From contig CAZRVK010000001.1 of NCBI GenBank assembly GCA_964603585.1, positions 207,856-271,855 on the forward strand: a stretch of 64,000 nt of DNA, given 5' to 3'. Positions 1 through 9,665 of the stretch are shown one piece after another (the first letter of the stretch is position 1; every line of letters starts with the position of its first letter). The translations under genes and the position numbers were made by a program. The notes below the pieces were generated by a model that made no database searches, had not been told where the DNA came from, and worked only from the letters and a program-made list of their open reading frames with translations. The stretch is from an uncultured Planctomycetales bacterium (GTDB taxonomy: Bacteria; Omnitrophota; Gorgyraeia; Gygaellales; Profunditerraquicolaceae).

Positions 1-919
1 GCGCTACCATATCCTTAAAATGCGCCAACTCCCTGTCTAAGACCAGGGATTCCAGCTCTTTATGTGCAATATGCAAAATAGTAGCCCCGGGAGCCTCATA
101 TATCTCCCTGGACTTGATCCCCACCAGGCGGTTTTCCACCATATCATACCGGCCTACGCCATAGGCACCGCCAACCTCGTTCAAATGATTGATCAGGGCT
201 TTCAATTTCATCGCCTTGCCGTCTATTTTCTTAGGCACGCCTTTTTCAAAATGTACCTCCAGGTATTTAGGATATGCGCTGGTGCCGTTTTGCGACCGGG
301 TGATCATATAAGCATCCTCCGGAGGCTCCTCATCCAGGTCCTCCAGCACCCCGGATTCGATACTGATCCCCCAGAGATTGCGGTCAATACTATAAGGTTT
401 CTTCTTAGTTACATCAATCGGGATATTATGCTTTAAGGCATATTCGATTTCCTCCTGGCGCGACTTAAACTCCCACTCTCTAACCGGGGCAATGATCTCT
501 AATTCAGGATCAAGGATAGAGGCGGCGACCTCAAGCCTGACCTGATCATTGCCTTTTCCGGTACAACCATGGCAAACAGCACCGGCATGCTCTTTATGCG
601 CGATCTCCACCAGGTATTTAGCAATCAATGGCCTGCCTAAGGCAGTAGCTAAAAGATATTTCCCCTCATATATCGCATTCGCCTTTAATGCAGGCAAGAC
701 AAAATCATTCACAAATTCATCCTGCAGGTCCTTGATATATACCTTAGATGCGCCTGCGGCATACGCCCTTTTTTCGATAGCCGAGATATCTTCTCCATGC
801 CCCAGGCCTTGCCCCAGGTCCGCCATAAAACAAACTACCTCATATCCGCGCAGATGAAGCCATTTTACGATACAAGAAGTATCCAGCCCTCCTGAATAAG
901 CCAAAACCACTTTTTTCAT
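1..919 (-). CDS. argG: argininosuccinate synthase, partial (C-terminus lies beyond the window start)
   Basis: The reverse complement of 841-919 reads ATG AAA AAA GTG GTT TTG GCT TAT TCA GGA GGG CTG GAT ACT TCT, giving MKKVVLAYSGGLDTSCIVKWLHLRGY. This is the ArgG N-terminal ATP-binding motif. The ORF runs off the window edge, so it is absent from the ORF track. The plus-strand ORFs at 62-436 and 549-857 are antisense to it. Confidence 0.85.
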   Translation of the reverse strand, partial: MKKVVLAYSGGLDTSCIVKWLHLRGYEVVCFMADLGQGLGHGEDISAIEKRAYAAGASKVYIKDLQDEFVNDFVLPALKANAIYEGKYLLATALGRPLIAKYLVEIAHKEHAGAVCHGCTGKGNDQVRLEVAASILDPELEIIAPVREWEFKSRQEEIEYALKHNIPIDVTKKKPYSIDRNLWGISIESGVLEDLDEEPPEDAYMITRSQNGTSAYPKYLEVHFEKGVPKKIDGKAMKLKALINHLNEVGGAYGVGRYDMVENRLVGIKSREIYEAPGATILHIAHKELESLVLDRELAHFKDMVA

Positions 920-985
920 CGCATTCTCCTTAAAGAAAACAATAAAATAAAGACACCATTAATAACCAGCCGGTTCTTTATTTTT

Positions 986-1921
986 CTACCGCTTTGAAGA
1001 CAACAATCTTATAAGAATAGCCTTCTGCACATGCATCCTGTTCTCCGCCTGGTCAAAAACCACAGAATTGGGACTGTCGATCACATCGGTTGTTATCTCC
1101 TCCCCTCTATGCGCCGGCAGGCAATGCATGACCAGAACATTTCTTTTCGCAAGTTTTAGCAAATTACGGTTTATTTGAAAATCAGAAAAAAGTTTTCTTC
1201 TTTCTACCGCCTCTTTCTCCTGCCCCATACTGGTCCAAACATCGGTATAAACCACGTCCGCTCCCTTAACCGCAGCATGAGGCACATTAAACAATTTTAT
1301 GGAAGATCTTTGAGAAACAGCGACTTCCAAGGCCCCGGCTACGACCTTTTTATCCGGTTCGAATCCGCAAGGTGTTGCAACATGCATATTCATCCCCACC
1401 TTAGAACAGGCAAATAACAATGAGTTGCATACATTATTACCGTCTCCTATATAAGCCAAGGTAGCACCTTTAAGGGTGGATAGCTTTTCCTTAATAGTAT
1501 ACAGATCCGCCAGGGCCTGACAGGGATGGGAAAAATCGGATAACCCGTTGATCACCGGGACTCCGGCAAATTTCGCCATATCTAAAACATTCTTGTGCGC
1601 GAAAGTCCTTAAGACTATCCCATCGATATACCGGGAGAGCGTTTTTGCAACATCATGAATAGACTCACGCACTCCAAGATTGATCTCGCCGGGGCTTAAG
1701 TAAATAGCGTTCCCTCCCAATTGATACATACCGACCTCAAAAGAAACCCTAGTACGATTAGAAGGCTTTTCAAAGACTAAAGCCAGGCTTTTACCTAAAA
1801 GCTCTTTACTGAACTTAGCCTTGTTCTTTTTAAGGCATGCCGTAAGCTCAAAGATATCTTCTATTTCATCCTTACTCAAATCTTTTACCGAAATAAAGTC
1901 TTTTTTCATCATATTGATCAC
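986..1921 (-). CDS. argF: ornithine carbamoyltransferase
   Basis: 311 aa. Carries the STRTR-type carbamoyl-phosphate motif (SNRTRVSFE) and the HPCQALAD ornithine-binding motif. Lies in an arg operon context. Confidence 0.9.
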   Translation of the reverse strand: MINMMKKDFISVKDLSKDEIEDIFELTACLKKNKAKFSKELLGKSLALVFEKPSNRTRVSFEVGMYQLGGNAIYLSPGEINLGVRESIHDVAKTLSRYIDGIVLRTFAHKNVLDMAKFAGVPVINGLSDFSHPCQALADLYTIKEKLSTLKGATLAYIGDGNNVCNSLLFACSKVGMNMHVATPCGFEPDKKVVAGALEVAVSQRSSIKLFNVPHAAVKGADVVYTDVWTSMGQEKEAVERRKLFSDFQINRNLLKLAKRNVLVMHCLPAHRGEEITTDVIDSPNSVVFDQAENRMHVQKAILIRLLSSKR

Positions 1922-3111
1922 CTGTCGATTTGACTACCCGTATGGCTTAAGACTTCATCCAATACCCTTACTGCCTGATCGATCTCTTTTTTATTGACAT
2001 TTAAAGCCGGCATCAGGCGTAAAACCTTATCATGCGTACAATTGATCAATAACCTGCGGTTAAAACATTCTTCTACGATCCGTTTTCCCTCGATACTCAA
2101 CTCTACCCCCGCCATCAAACCCAAACCCCTTACCTGCTTTATCAAAGGATGTTTGGCCTTAAGGGAATCCAGGCAGGAAAACAAATATCTGCTCATCTGC
2201 CGGGTATTTTCGAGCAATTTCTCCGTGCCGATGGCTTTTATCACTGCCAATGCCGCCATGGAAACTAATGGTGAGCCGCCAAATGTAGAGGCATGCATGC
2301 CGATAGATAAAGTATCGGAAAAATCTTTTTTTACCACCATCGCACCTATCGGCAACCCCCCGCCCAAAGCTTTAGCTAATGTCATAATATCGGGAGTAAA
2401 GGAAAAATGTTCATAGGCAAACATTTTCCCCGTCCGGCCAAAACCGGTCTGGACCTCATCAATGATCAAAAGCATCTTCCTTTGGTCGCAGATCTTCCGA
2501 AGAGCGGCAACGAAATCCTTATCCGCAAGATTAACCCCGCCTTCACCCTGGACCAATTCCAGCATGATCGCCACCGTTTTATCGGTAATAGCTGCTTCTA
2601 CCCCGTCCAAATCATTAAAATCCACATATTTGAACCCTAAAGGAAGAGGCTGGAAACCCCTATGATATTTTTCCTGCCCGGTCGCGGCCAATGCCCCTAA
2701 TGTCCGGCCATGAAAAGAATCCTTAAAAGTAATTATTTCATACCGGCCATTCCCGAATTTACGTGCCAGCTTAATCGCCGCTTCATTAGCTTCAGCTCCG
2801 CTGTTAGAGAAAAAAATCTTTGCATCAAAAGAAACCCGTACCAGTTCCTTCGCCAATTTTGCCTGCGGCAGGTTATAAAAATTATTGGGAACGAAAATCA
2901 ATTTTGCGACCTGTTCTCTTACCGCCTGCATTACCTTAGGATGACAATGACCTAAACTGCCCACTCCCCATCCTGGGAAGAAATCCAGGTATTTCCTGCC
3001 ATGAATATCCCAAAGGTAACTTCCTTTGCCCTTAACGAAAACCACGGGGATCTTACTATATGTCGGCAAAACACATTCCTGATATGTATTAAAAACATCT
3101 TGGATCTTCAT
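1918..3111 (-). CDS. argD: acetylornithine aminotransferase (class III PLP aminotransferase)
   Basis: 397 aa. Shows the class-III aminotransferase pattern (GNGRYEIITFKDSFHGRT, LLIIDEVQTGFGRTG, TFGGSPL). Sits between argB and argF. Confidence 0.85.
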   Translation of the reverse strand: MKIQDVFNTYQECVLPTYSKIPVVFVKGKGSYLWDIHGRKYLDFFPGWGVGSLGHCHPKVMQAVREQVAKLIFVPNNFYNLPQAKLAKELVRVSFDAKIFFSNSGAEANEAAIKLARKFGNGRYEIITFKDSFHGRTLGALAATGQEKYHRGFQPLPLGFKYVDFNDLDGVEAAITDKTVAIMLELVQGEGGVNLADKDFVAALRKICDQRKMLLIIDEVQTGFGRTGKMFAYEHFSFTPDIMTLAKALGGGLPIGAMVVKKDFSDTLSIGMHASTFGGSPLVSMAALAVIKAIGTEKLLENTRQMSRYLFSCLDSLKAKHPLIKQVRGLGLMAGVELSIEGKRIVEECFNRRLLINCTHDKVLRLMPALNVNKKEIDQAVRVLDEVLSHTGSQIDR

Positions 3112-3178
3112 TTCGCCCCTCGTTCTTCATCCCTCATCCTTGACTGCGGCGCAGGCAAGAAAAGTTTCATCATCCACT

Positions 3179-4033
3179 TTACTGTATAATCTCCGTCCCC
3201 ACGCCCTGATTGGTAAATATTTCCAGTAATAGACCGTGCGGAGTGCGCGCATCGATAATATGCGTTTTCTTTACCCCGATATTTAAAGCCTCAATACAGG
3301 CATTTACCTTGGGGATCATCCCCTGGCCAATGACATTGCTTTGGATCAACCCCTGGATCTCATCCATCCTCAAGGTAGAAAGAAAAGAGTTCGGATCATC
3401 CGGATTACGTAATATCCCTTTGACATTAGTCAAGAGAACCAGTTTTTCCGCATTTAAGGCCGTAGCAATATGGGAACTGGCTTCATCGGCATTAACATTA
3501 TATGTTTTTTTATCCTTCCCCAGGCCCATCGGCAAGATCACCACAACCTTATTTGACTGCAAGGCATCATGTATCGGCCTGGTATTTATCCCCGCGATAC
3601 ACCCGACAAGACCCAAATCCACCTTTGCCTGCTTCTTCTCTGCCTGGATTATCCCAAAATCCTTGCCATTCAAACCAACCGACTTGGCCCCGAGATCGTT
3701 AATCTCTCCAACAATCAGATCATTAAGCTTTTGCAGTTCTTCTTCAACCACCTTAAGTGTTTCTTCATCCGTTACCCGCATACCGTCCACAAACTCGGCC
3801 TTTTTCCCGGAATTACGCATCCGGTCACTGATATTAGGTCCACCCCCATGAACCAAAACCGGTTTAAGCCCCATAAAATTAAGGAACACGATATCTTCCA
3901 ATACCCCGCGGCGGATTTTCTCCTCGCCCAGGATACTGCCACCGTATTTTATCACTACCACCTTGTTATGGAAACGCTTAATATACGGTAGAGCTTCGAT
4001 CAAAACCTCTGCCTTCTTTATTGCCTCTTCCAT
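3179..4033 (-). CDS. argB: acetylglutamate kinase
   Basis: 284 aa. Has VVIKYGGS at the N-terminus and the LVHGGGP motif typical of amino-acid kinases. Confidence 0.9.
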   Translation of the reverse strand: MEEAIKKAEVLIEALPYIKRFHNKVVVIKYGGSILGEEKIRRGVLEDIVFLNFMGLKPVLVHGGGPNISDRMRNSGKKAEFVDGMRVTDEETLKVVEEELQKLNDLIVGEINDLGAKSVGLNGKDFGIIQAEKKQAKVDLGLVGCIAGINTRPIHDALQSNKVVVILPMGLGKDKKTYNVNADEASSHIATALNAEKLVLLTNVKGILRNPDDPNSFLSTLRMDEIQGLIQSNVIGQGMIPKVNACIEALNIGVKKTHIIDARTPHGLLLEIFTNQGVGTEIIQ

Positions 4034-4086
4034 ATTACACCTTTTCTATACTTGAAATTGTTCCACAAAAACTACCGAATACCCAT

Positions 4087-5229
4087 TTAGTTATACTGTG
4101 CATTTATCTTGACATATTCATAGCTCAAATCACTGGTATAAACTACCGCGCCAGAACCGCCGCAGCCAAGAAAAACGTTTATCTGGACCTGTTTCCTCTT
4201 TAAAGGAGTATATTTTATCCCTAACTTAGTTTCATTTACCCCGACTCCGCTTGCACCGACGCTGGCCACTATCCTGCCCCGGATATTATGGCTTGAAGCA
4301 AACATCGCGGTCTTAAAAAGGTCGGAATTAGCGATAAAATTCGCCGCCCTTTTGGCTTCCGCGGGGTTTCTGGCCCCAGAGACCCTTATGGTAATGAACT
4401 TTGTAGCTCCTTCAGCGTCTTTTACGACCATTTTTGCCAGTTCAAGACAAACAGTGTTCAGAGCCTTGGAAAAAACCGTTAATGAACTTCCGGAATGGAT
4501 CAACCGGTTATTTGCCTGGGCATTAGCTAAAATCATCAAACTATCATTCGTGCTCATACAGCCATCTATGGTAATACAGTTAAAAGAATTTTGCACCGCC
4601 TCTTTAAGGGATTTATCCAGAGCGGTCTGGGAAATATTCGCATCGGTAAAAATAAAACAAAGCAAAGTCGCCATGGCAGGAGAGATCATCCCGGCACCTT
4701 TTACAATCCCGGAAATGGAAACCGGTATGTTATCGATCCTGAACTTAACGCTGATTTCCTTACTGAAAGTATCAGTGGTCATGATTGCCAGTTTTGCCTT
4801 ATTCATATTCTTTCTTGAAAGGCCCTTGATCAAGAAAGGCATGGCTTTTTTGATCTTCTCAATCGGTAGTTTCCTTCCGATAATCCCGGTCGAAGCAACC
4901 AAAACCTGATTCTCTGAAAGATCAAGACATCCTGCGGCATAAGCTGCCATGGCCCGGGCGTCCTTTAACCCCTGTGATCCATTAAAACAATTTGCATTAC
5001 CGCTGTTTACCACGATCGCCCGGTATTGTTTAGAAGCACCCAAATACTGCTTTGAGAGCACTACCGGAGCAGCGATGATCTTATTGGTAGTAAAAAGAGC
5101 ACTGGCACGCGCCGAAACCGTGGAATAAAATAGCGCCAGGTCTGGTCTCTTCGACTTTTTTATTCCGGAATAAATACCATTGGCGGTGAAACCTTTGGGC
5201 AAGACCGCAAACTTACGGATACGCATCAA
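4087..5229 (-). CDS. argJ: bifunctional glutamate N-acetyltransferase / amino-acid acetyltransferase ArgJ
   Basis: 380 aa. ArgJ family pattern (GFTANGIYSGIKK, ATML... TTDT autoproteolytic region). Overlaps argC by 4 bp. Confidence 0.85.
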   Translation of the reverse strand: MMRIRKFAVLPKGFTANGIYSGIKKSKRPDLALFYSTVSARASALFTTNKIIAAPVVLSKQYLGASKQYRAIVVNSGNANCFNGSQGLKDARAMAAYAAGCLDLSENQVLVASTGIIGRKLPIEKIKKAMPFLIKGLSRKNMNKAKLAIMTTDTFSKEISVKFRIDNIPVSISGIVKGAGMISPAMATLLCFIFTDANISQTALDKSLKEAVQNSFNCITIDGCMSTNDSLMILANAQANNRLIHSGSSLTVFSKALNTVCLELAKMVVKDAEGATKFITIRVSGARNPAEAKRAANFIANSDLFKTAMFASSHNIRGRIVASVGASGVGVNETKLGIKYTPLKRKQVQINVFLGCGGSGAVVYTSDLSYEYVKINAQYN

Positions 5230-6308
5230 ACTAACCCCGCGCTTTCTACGAATTTATACATAATGTTCATGTTCTGTACTGCCTGGGATGCAGCACCCTT
5301 CATCAAATTATCGATAGCCGTAATGATAATCAACATATCCCTGGACTCTTTGATGCCAATATCGCAGAAATTCGTTCCAACCACATCCTTAAGCCTTGGA
5401 AAATCTCCTTCATCACGTATCCGCACGAACGGTTCATTTTTATAAAATCTTTTATAGAGATTAAGTAAATCTTGCGGCTTTTGAGCTTTCAAGCTTTGCA
5501 ACCTCCCGGTCTTGCCTCCTTCAGAAAGGATTGGCTTGCCTTGGCACTGGCCTGGAGACCTTCTCACATATATCGTCTCCAAGATCCCCCGCGTAACCGG
5601 CAATAAATGCGGGACAAAGGTCACATTTATTTTCTTTATCGCCAGCCGGCTCAACGCCTGGTTGATCTCCGGGATATGCTGATGGATATTAACCTTATAC
5701 GCCTTAAAATCTTCATTCACTTCAGAAAATAATGCCCCCTCGGAAAGTTTCTTACCCGCACCGCTGGAGCCGGATTTCGCATCAATAATAATGGACCCAA
5801 GGTCTGCCAGGTCACAGGCAACTAAAGGTGCTAACGCCAAAATTGCCGGGGTAGGATAACATCCCGGATTAGCCACTAAAGAAGCGTTCTTTATCTTATT
5901 CCGGTATAATTCCGGCAGGCCGTAAACCGCTTTCTTAAGGTTTACTTTATCTTTATGCCCGACATTATAAAAACGCTCATAGACTTTAATATTCTTCAAT
6001 CGATAATCCGCGCTTAGGTCAATGACACGCAATCCGGCGTTTAAAAGAAACGGGACCATCTCCATTGACGCAGTATGCGGTAACGCCAGAAAAACAAGGG
6101 AGCACTTCTTAATTATCTCCCGGACATTGGTAGCTCCACAGGCAAGATCGATCCGGTTCTTGAATTTAGGGAATATGTCGGAAATTATAAGAGATGAGGC
6201 GCTCTGGCGTGAAAGATAGGTAATCCTGACCTCCGGATGGCGCAAAAGGATTTCTAATAATGCCTCGCCGGTATAACCTGCAGCACCAACAATACCTACA
6301 TTTATCAT
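5226..6308 (-). CDS. argC: N-acetyl-gamma-glutamyl-phosphate reductase
   Basis: The track ORF runs to 6377. I prefer a start at ATG 6306-6308, giving MINVGIVGAAGYTGEALLEIL. An AAGGAGCC RBS lies 5 nt upstream. The longer N-terminal extension would overlap the -35/-10 hexamers at 6349-6377. Confidence 0.85.
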   Translation of the reverse strand: MINVGIVGAAGYTGEALLEILLRHPEVRITYLSRQSASSLIISDIFPKFKNRIDLACGATNVREIIKKCSLVFLALPHTASMEMVPFLLNAGLRVIDLSADYRLKNIKVYERFYNVGHKDKVNLKKAVYGLPELYRNKIKNASLVANPGCYPTPAILALAPLVACDLADLGSIIIDAKSGSSGAGKKLSEGALFSEVNEDFKAYKVNIHQHIPEINQALSRLAIKKINVTFVPHLLPVTRGILETIYVRRSPGQCQGKPILSEGGKTGRLQSLKAQKPQDLLNLYKRFYKNEPFVRIRDEGDFPRLKDVVGTNFCDIGIKESRDMLIIITAIDNLMKGAASQAVQNMNIMYKFVESAGLV

Positions 6309-6348
6309 TCCAGGCTCCTTTATATTTATACTTTCAGGAAGATGTTTT

Positions 6349-6377
6349 ATAATAAAATAAAAACCGCATCTCGTCAA
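6349..6377 (-). promoter_or_regulatory. candidate sigma70-type promoter of the arg operon (TTGACG-N17-TATTAT on the minus strand)
   Basis: Minus-strand reading: cTTGACGagatgcggtttttatttTATTATaaaac. The -35 is at 6372-6377 and the -10 at 6349-6354. It lies between the rpsI terminator and the argC start at 6308. Confidence 0.35.
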
Positions 6378-6399
6378 GTCTTTTTCTCGTCGGAAAGAA

Positions 6400-6432
6400 A
6401 AATAAAAAATCCCACCTTTCGAGTGGGATTCC
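6400..6432 (-). terminator. Rho-independent terminator downstream of rpsI
   Basis: Minus strand: gggAATCCCACtcgaaagGTGGGATTttttatttttc. An 8-bp GC-containing stem is followed by a T-run. Confidence 0.5.
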
Positions 6433-6435
6433 CTA

Positions 6436-6466
6436 TTCTTAATTCTTAATTCTTAATTCTTAGTTC
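6436..6466. repeat. tandem heptamer repeat (TTCTTAA x3-4, last copies degenerate) in the rpsI 3' UTR
   Basis: Plus strand reads attcttaattcttaattcttaattcttagttctg, immediately 3' of the rpsI stop. Confidence 0.5.
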
Positions 6467-6474
6467 TGCATTAC

Positions 6475-6873
6475 TTACCTCTTAGTCCACTGGAAACGTT
6501 TACGCGCGCCTTTAAGACCGTATTTCTTACGCTCTTTCATCCTTGGGTCACGGGTAAGATATGCGTTCTTGCGCAACAGATCCTTGAGTGCTGGTTCTGC
6601 CAATACCAATGCCCTGGAGATGCCGTGGCGCAAAGCACCGGCCTGACCGGTAAGCCCGCCGCCGTCGACTTTAGCCACTATATTATATTTCGCAAGATTG
6701 TTAGTCAGGATCAAAGGCTGTTGGATTATGATCCGGTCAGTTTCCCGGATAAAATATTTATCGAACGACCTCTTATTCACCATAATGCTTCCTTTACCGG
6801 GAATAAGCTGGACCCTGGCAATTGCTTCTTTGCGCCTTCCGACTGCTGTGAATTTCGTTGTTTCGTCCATCAA
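6475..6873 (-). CDS. rpsI: 30S ribosomal protein S9
   Basis: 132 aa. Contains GGGLTGQAGALRHGISRAL and a basic C-terminal tail (KKYGLKGARKRFQWTKR). Confidence 0.9.
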   Translation of the reverse strand: MMDETTKFTAVGRRKEAIARVQLIPGKGSIMVNKRSFDKYFIRETDRIIIQQPLILTNNLAKYNIVAKVDGGGLTGQAGALRHGISRALVLAEPALKDLLRKNAYLTRDPRMKERKKYGLKGARKRFQWTKR

Positions 6874-6874
6874 A

Positions 6875-7306
6875 TCAAACCTCCAAAGCTAAAGGCTGTT
6901 GGCTTTTGTGCGGATGCACGTCTGTCGCATAAACCTTTAGTTTTTTCATCATTAATGTGCCTAATGCCCCGCCAGGAACCATCCTTTGTACCGCAAGCCT
7001 TACCACTGTGGCCGGTTTCTTATCCAGCATGGTCTCCAGATTAACCTGGCGCAATCCGCCTGGATAGCCAGAATACCTCCGGTAAACCTTTTGTTTGAGT
7101 TTTCTGCCGGTAACCCGCACCAAAGACGCATTGATCACAATTACCCCGTCTCCGGTATTCAAATGCGCAGTATACCCCGGCTTATGCTTTCCCTTTAAAG
7201 TAAGAGCAACCTTGCTGGCAAGCCGTCCCAGGATCTTATCCTTGGCATCCACCAGATACCATTTAGGTTTTAAATCAGATTTTTTCGCAAAATAGGTTTT
7301 ATTCAT
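6875..7306 (-). CDS. rplM: 50S ribosomal protein L13
   Basis: 143 aa. N-terminus KKSDLKPKWYLVDAKDKILGRLASKVA. Adjacent to rpsI. Confidence 0.9.
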   Translation of the reverse strand: MNKTYFAKKSDLKPKWYLVDAKDKILGRLASKVALTLKGKHKPGYTAHLNTGDGVIVINASLVRVTGRKLKQKVYRRYSGYPGGLRQVNLETMLDKKPATVVRLAVQRMVPGGALGTLMMKKLKVYATDVHPHKSQQPLALEV

Positions 7307-7329
7307 AAGATGATAAATATACCATATTT

Positions 7330-8901
7330 CTACTTGATGTCAAATGTTTTTTTACTTTTTTTATGCTTCCGCCCTTTTTGGAGAAACACCCAGATTACAA
7401 TACAAGCCGCGGTCAATATTGCCCAAAAAGGGAAACTCGATCCTCTATGGCGCATCCTGCCGAAAGCCTGCGGGTTTTTATAGAATATAAACAACTCATT
7501 CTCGGCAAATCTTGCAAGCTTATAATACTCCTCTATTTTTGTGATCTCTTCCGGCGCAGTATTTTTTCCCAAAACAATTATCCCGGAAGCCAGAAAGGGA
7601 TCGTAACTACGGGCGGCGTTTATCTCCGGGAACAAACCATTTGCCGTTGCCCGCCCGGAAAAAACCCCAAGCCAGACTCCAAGCAGGTTTGTATTGCAAT
7701 AGATTATTTCATCGGCCCCGGAATTCTTCCGGACAATATCCGCCGACGATAAAAAATCATCTGTCCGGTATGCCAGCCAAAGGTAACTAAAAAAACCTTT
7801 TTTCTCATCCTCCGGGAATATCATCCCCCGCAATGCCGAATGCCCAATGACCAGGCGAAACCTCGTCTTGTCCTCTGTCTCCGGTTTACTGGTAATAATT
7901 GTCGGAGAGATGACAAAAACATACCCTGCAACCCCCAAAAGAAAAACCGTCTTTAAGTACCTGGTCTTTGAACGCAAGCCAATCCAGGCGGAATCCAGCG
8001 CTGCCGCCGATAAAAGAATAACCGGCAGATATCCTTCAGCCGAGAAGAAACGGTAAGGATATGCCAAGAAAATGATGCTGGCAAAAAATAAAGCCGGGAA
8101 CAGCCGGTATTTCTTTTCGGAGCTAAGGCAAACAAACACTCCAAAACCAGCGGCGATATACTCAAAAATCTTAAACTGGCAGGTAAACCTTTCGTTCAGA
8201 TTGATCCCGATACGCGCGATATGCCTGGATCCAAGCAGTTGAGTGATCAAGACCGGTAAAGATACCGCCAGTGCACATAAAAAAACCATCAGGCAAAACT
8301 TGCGGGAATCCTTATTAAATAGCGCATATAGGAATACGGCTATCGCAAACATCCAGGATATCCCGATATGCATATAAAAACATGCCGCCAAAAGCAGCAC
8401 AGCACGCAGGAATTTCCTTGAAAGTATCTGGCCAAAAGCCAATATCCCGAGGATTATAGCCAGGGTCGCGGGAAGATGATTCATCAGGCTCATGTAAAAC
8501 GAAAAAGAACTGACCCCGAACAGCATGGCAAAGAAAGCAAAACGCTCCCCGTAATGTTTTCGGGTGAAATACCATAAGACCGATAAAAAACCAACCGGAG
8601 CCAGGGTCTCCACTAATTTTGCCAAGATGAGCTTATTAGCCCCTAATTTAAACAATAGCGCCAGTATTATATGAAATAATGGCGGATAGATATGCACCCG
8701 ACCATAAGGCGCATACTCCCAAAAATCCCATCCGGAATATCCACCAGCCTGTAAAAATCCCCAGGCGGTATGCAAATGGTAATAGATATCCATAAACTGC
8801 GGAAGTATTCTCCATCGTGCGATCTGCAAAACAAAAAAAACAAGCCCCACAACCAAGGAAGCAAAACCCCATGAAACATTGGCAAATAACTTATTCCGCA
8901 T
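7330..8901 (-). CDS. polytopic membrane protein, putative GT-C fold glycosyltransferase (ArnT/PMT_2-like)
   Basis: 523 aa with about 11-13 predicted TM helices. The first extracytoplasmic loop reads DIYYHLHTAWGF...GRVHIYPPLFHIIL, resembling the DE..Y...PPL region of ArnT/PMT-family transferases. A large C-terminal soluble domain is followed by a final TM helix. Confidence 0.4.
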   Translation of the reverse strand: MRNKLFANVSWGFASLVVGLVFFVLQIARWRILPQFMDIYYHLHTAWGFLQAGGYSGWDFWEYAPYGRVHIYPPLFHIILALLFKLGANKLILAKLVETLAPVGFLSVLWYFTRKHYGERFAFFAMLFGVSSFSFYMSLMNHLPATLAIILGILAFGQILSRKFLRAVLLLAACFYMHIGISWMFAIAVFLYALFNKDSRKFCLMVFLCALAVSLPVLITQLLGSRHIARIGINLNERFTCQFKIFEYIAAGFGVFVCLSSEKKYRLFPALFFASIIFLAYPYRFFSAEGYLPVILLSAAALDSAWIGLRSKTRYLKTVFLLGVAGYVFVISPTIITSKPETEDKTRFRLVIGHSALRGMIFPEDEKKGFFSYLWLAYRTDDFLSSADIVRKNSGADEIIYCNTNLLGVWLGVFSGRATANGLFPEINAARSYDPFLASGIIVLGKNTAPEEITKIEEYYKLARFAENELFIFYKNPQAFGRMRHRGSSFPFWAILTAACIVIWVFLQKGRKHKKSKKTFDIK

Positions 8902-8903
8902 AT

Positions 8904-9665
8904 CTAATATTTCACCTCAATTAAACACAACCCACAAGCTTGGGCAGTAGGCCCGGCTAAACTCCGGCTCTTAGAACGCAATATTTTCTGCATGCTCCCC
9001 GGAGGAAACCTGCCCCGACCGATTTCAATCAACGTCCCAACTATATTTCTGGCCATATTGTAAAGAAAACCGTCGGCCTCGATCTCTATATGAACAATCT
9101 CCCCTTTTCGGCTGATTTTTACCATCTTAACAGTCCTAAATGGGTTTTTCTCTATTCCATCCGAAGCCTGAAACGCCTTGAAGTTATGGCGCCCCAGCAA
9201 ATATTTCGCCTCCCGGCGCATCAATCCTAAATCTAAAGGAAAAAAACAGAATTTGGCGTAATGCCTTAAAAGAGGTGAATTGAATTTACGATTAAAGATT
9301 GTATATCGGTAGATCTTGGACTTGGCATTAAAACGGCTGTGGAATTTCAGTGGTACTTCTTCTATACACTTAATCGCGATATCCCGAGGTAAAAGCGCAT
9401 TTACCCCCAGGTGCAGCCGCTCTAAGTCAATAGGGCTTGTGGTTTTAAAGTTGGCGACCTGGCCAAGCGCATGAACGCCGGCATCCGTTCTTCCGGAGGC
9501 AACCAGCCTGACTTTTTCTCGAAGTATTTCTTGTAGTGCTTTCTCTATTGTCGCCTGGATGGTTTTTCTCTGCAAACTATGAGCCGACAACTGTGAACTA
9601 TTCTGCGCCTGCCATCCACAATAATGCGTACCGTCATACTCTATATTTATCTTGAGATTACGCAT
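8904..9665 (-). CDS. truA: tRNA pseudouridine(38-40) synthase
   Basis: 253 aa. Has IEYDGTHYCGWQAQ and RTDAGVHALGQVANF (catalytic Asp motif). Confidence 0.9.
   Translation of the reverse strand: MRNLKINIEYDGTHYCGWQAQNSSQLSAHSLQRKTIQATIEKALQEILREKVRLVASGRTDAGVHALGQVANFKTTSPIDLERLHLGVNALLPRDIAIKCIEEVPLKFHSRFNAKSKIYRYTIFNRKFNSPLLRHYAKFCFFPLDLGLMRREAKYLLGRHNFKAFQASDGIEKNPFRTVKMVKISRKGEIVHIEIEADGFLYNMARNIVGTLIEIGRGRFPPGSMQKILRSKSRSLAGPTAQACGLCLIEVKY

Noticed and set aside
62-857. Plus-strand ORFs 62-436 and 549-857
   Set aside because: They are antisense to the argG coding sequence. I verified argG by translating the reverse complement (MKKVVLAYSGGLDTS...). These are chance ORFs.
4352-4909. 185-aa plus-strand ORF
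   Set aside because: It is antisense inside argJ. It has no motifs and is a chance ORF in an AT-moderate gene.
6309-6377. N-terminal 23-codon extension of the argC ORF (MTRCGFYFIIKHLPESINIKEPG)
   Set aside because: The extension overlaps the predicted -35/-10 of the arg promoter. The internal ATG at 6308 has a good RBS and starts with the conserved MINVGIVGAAGYTG.
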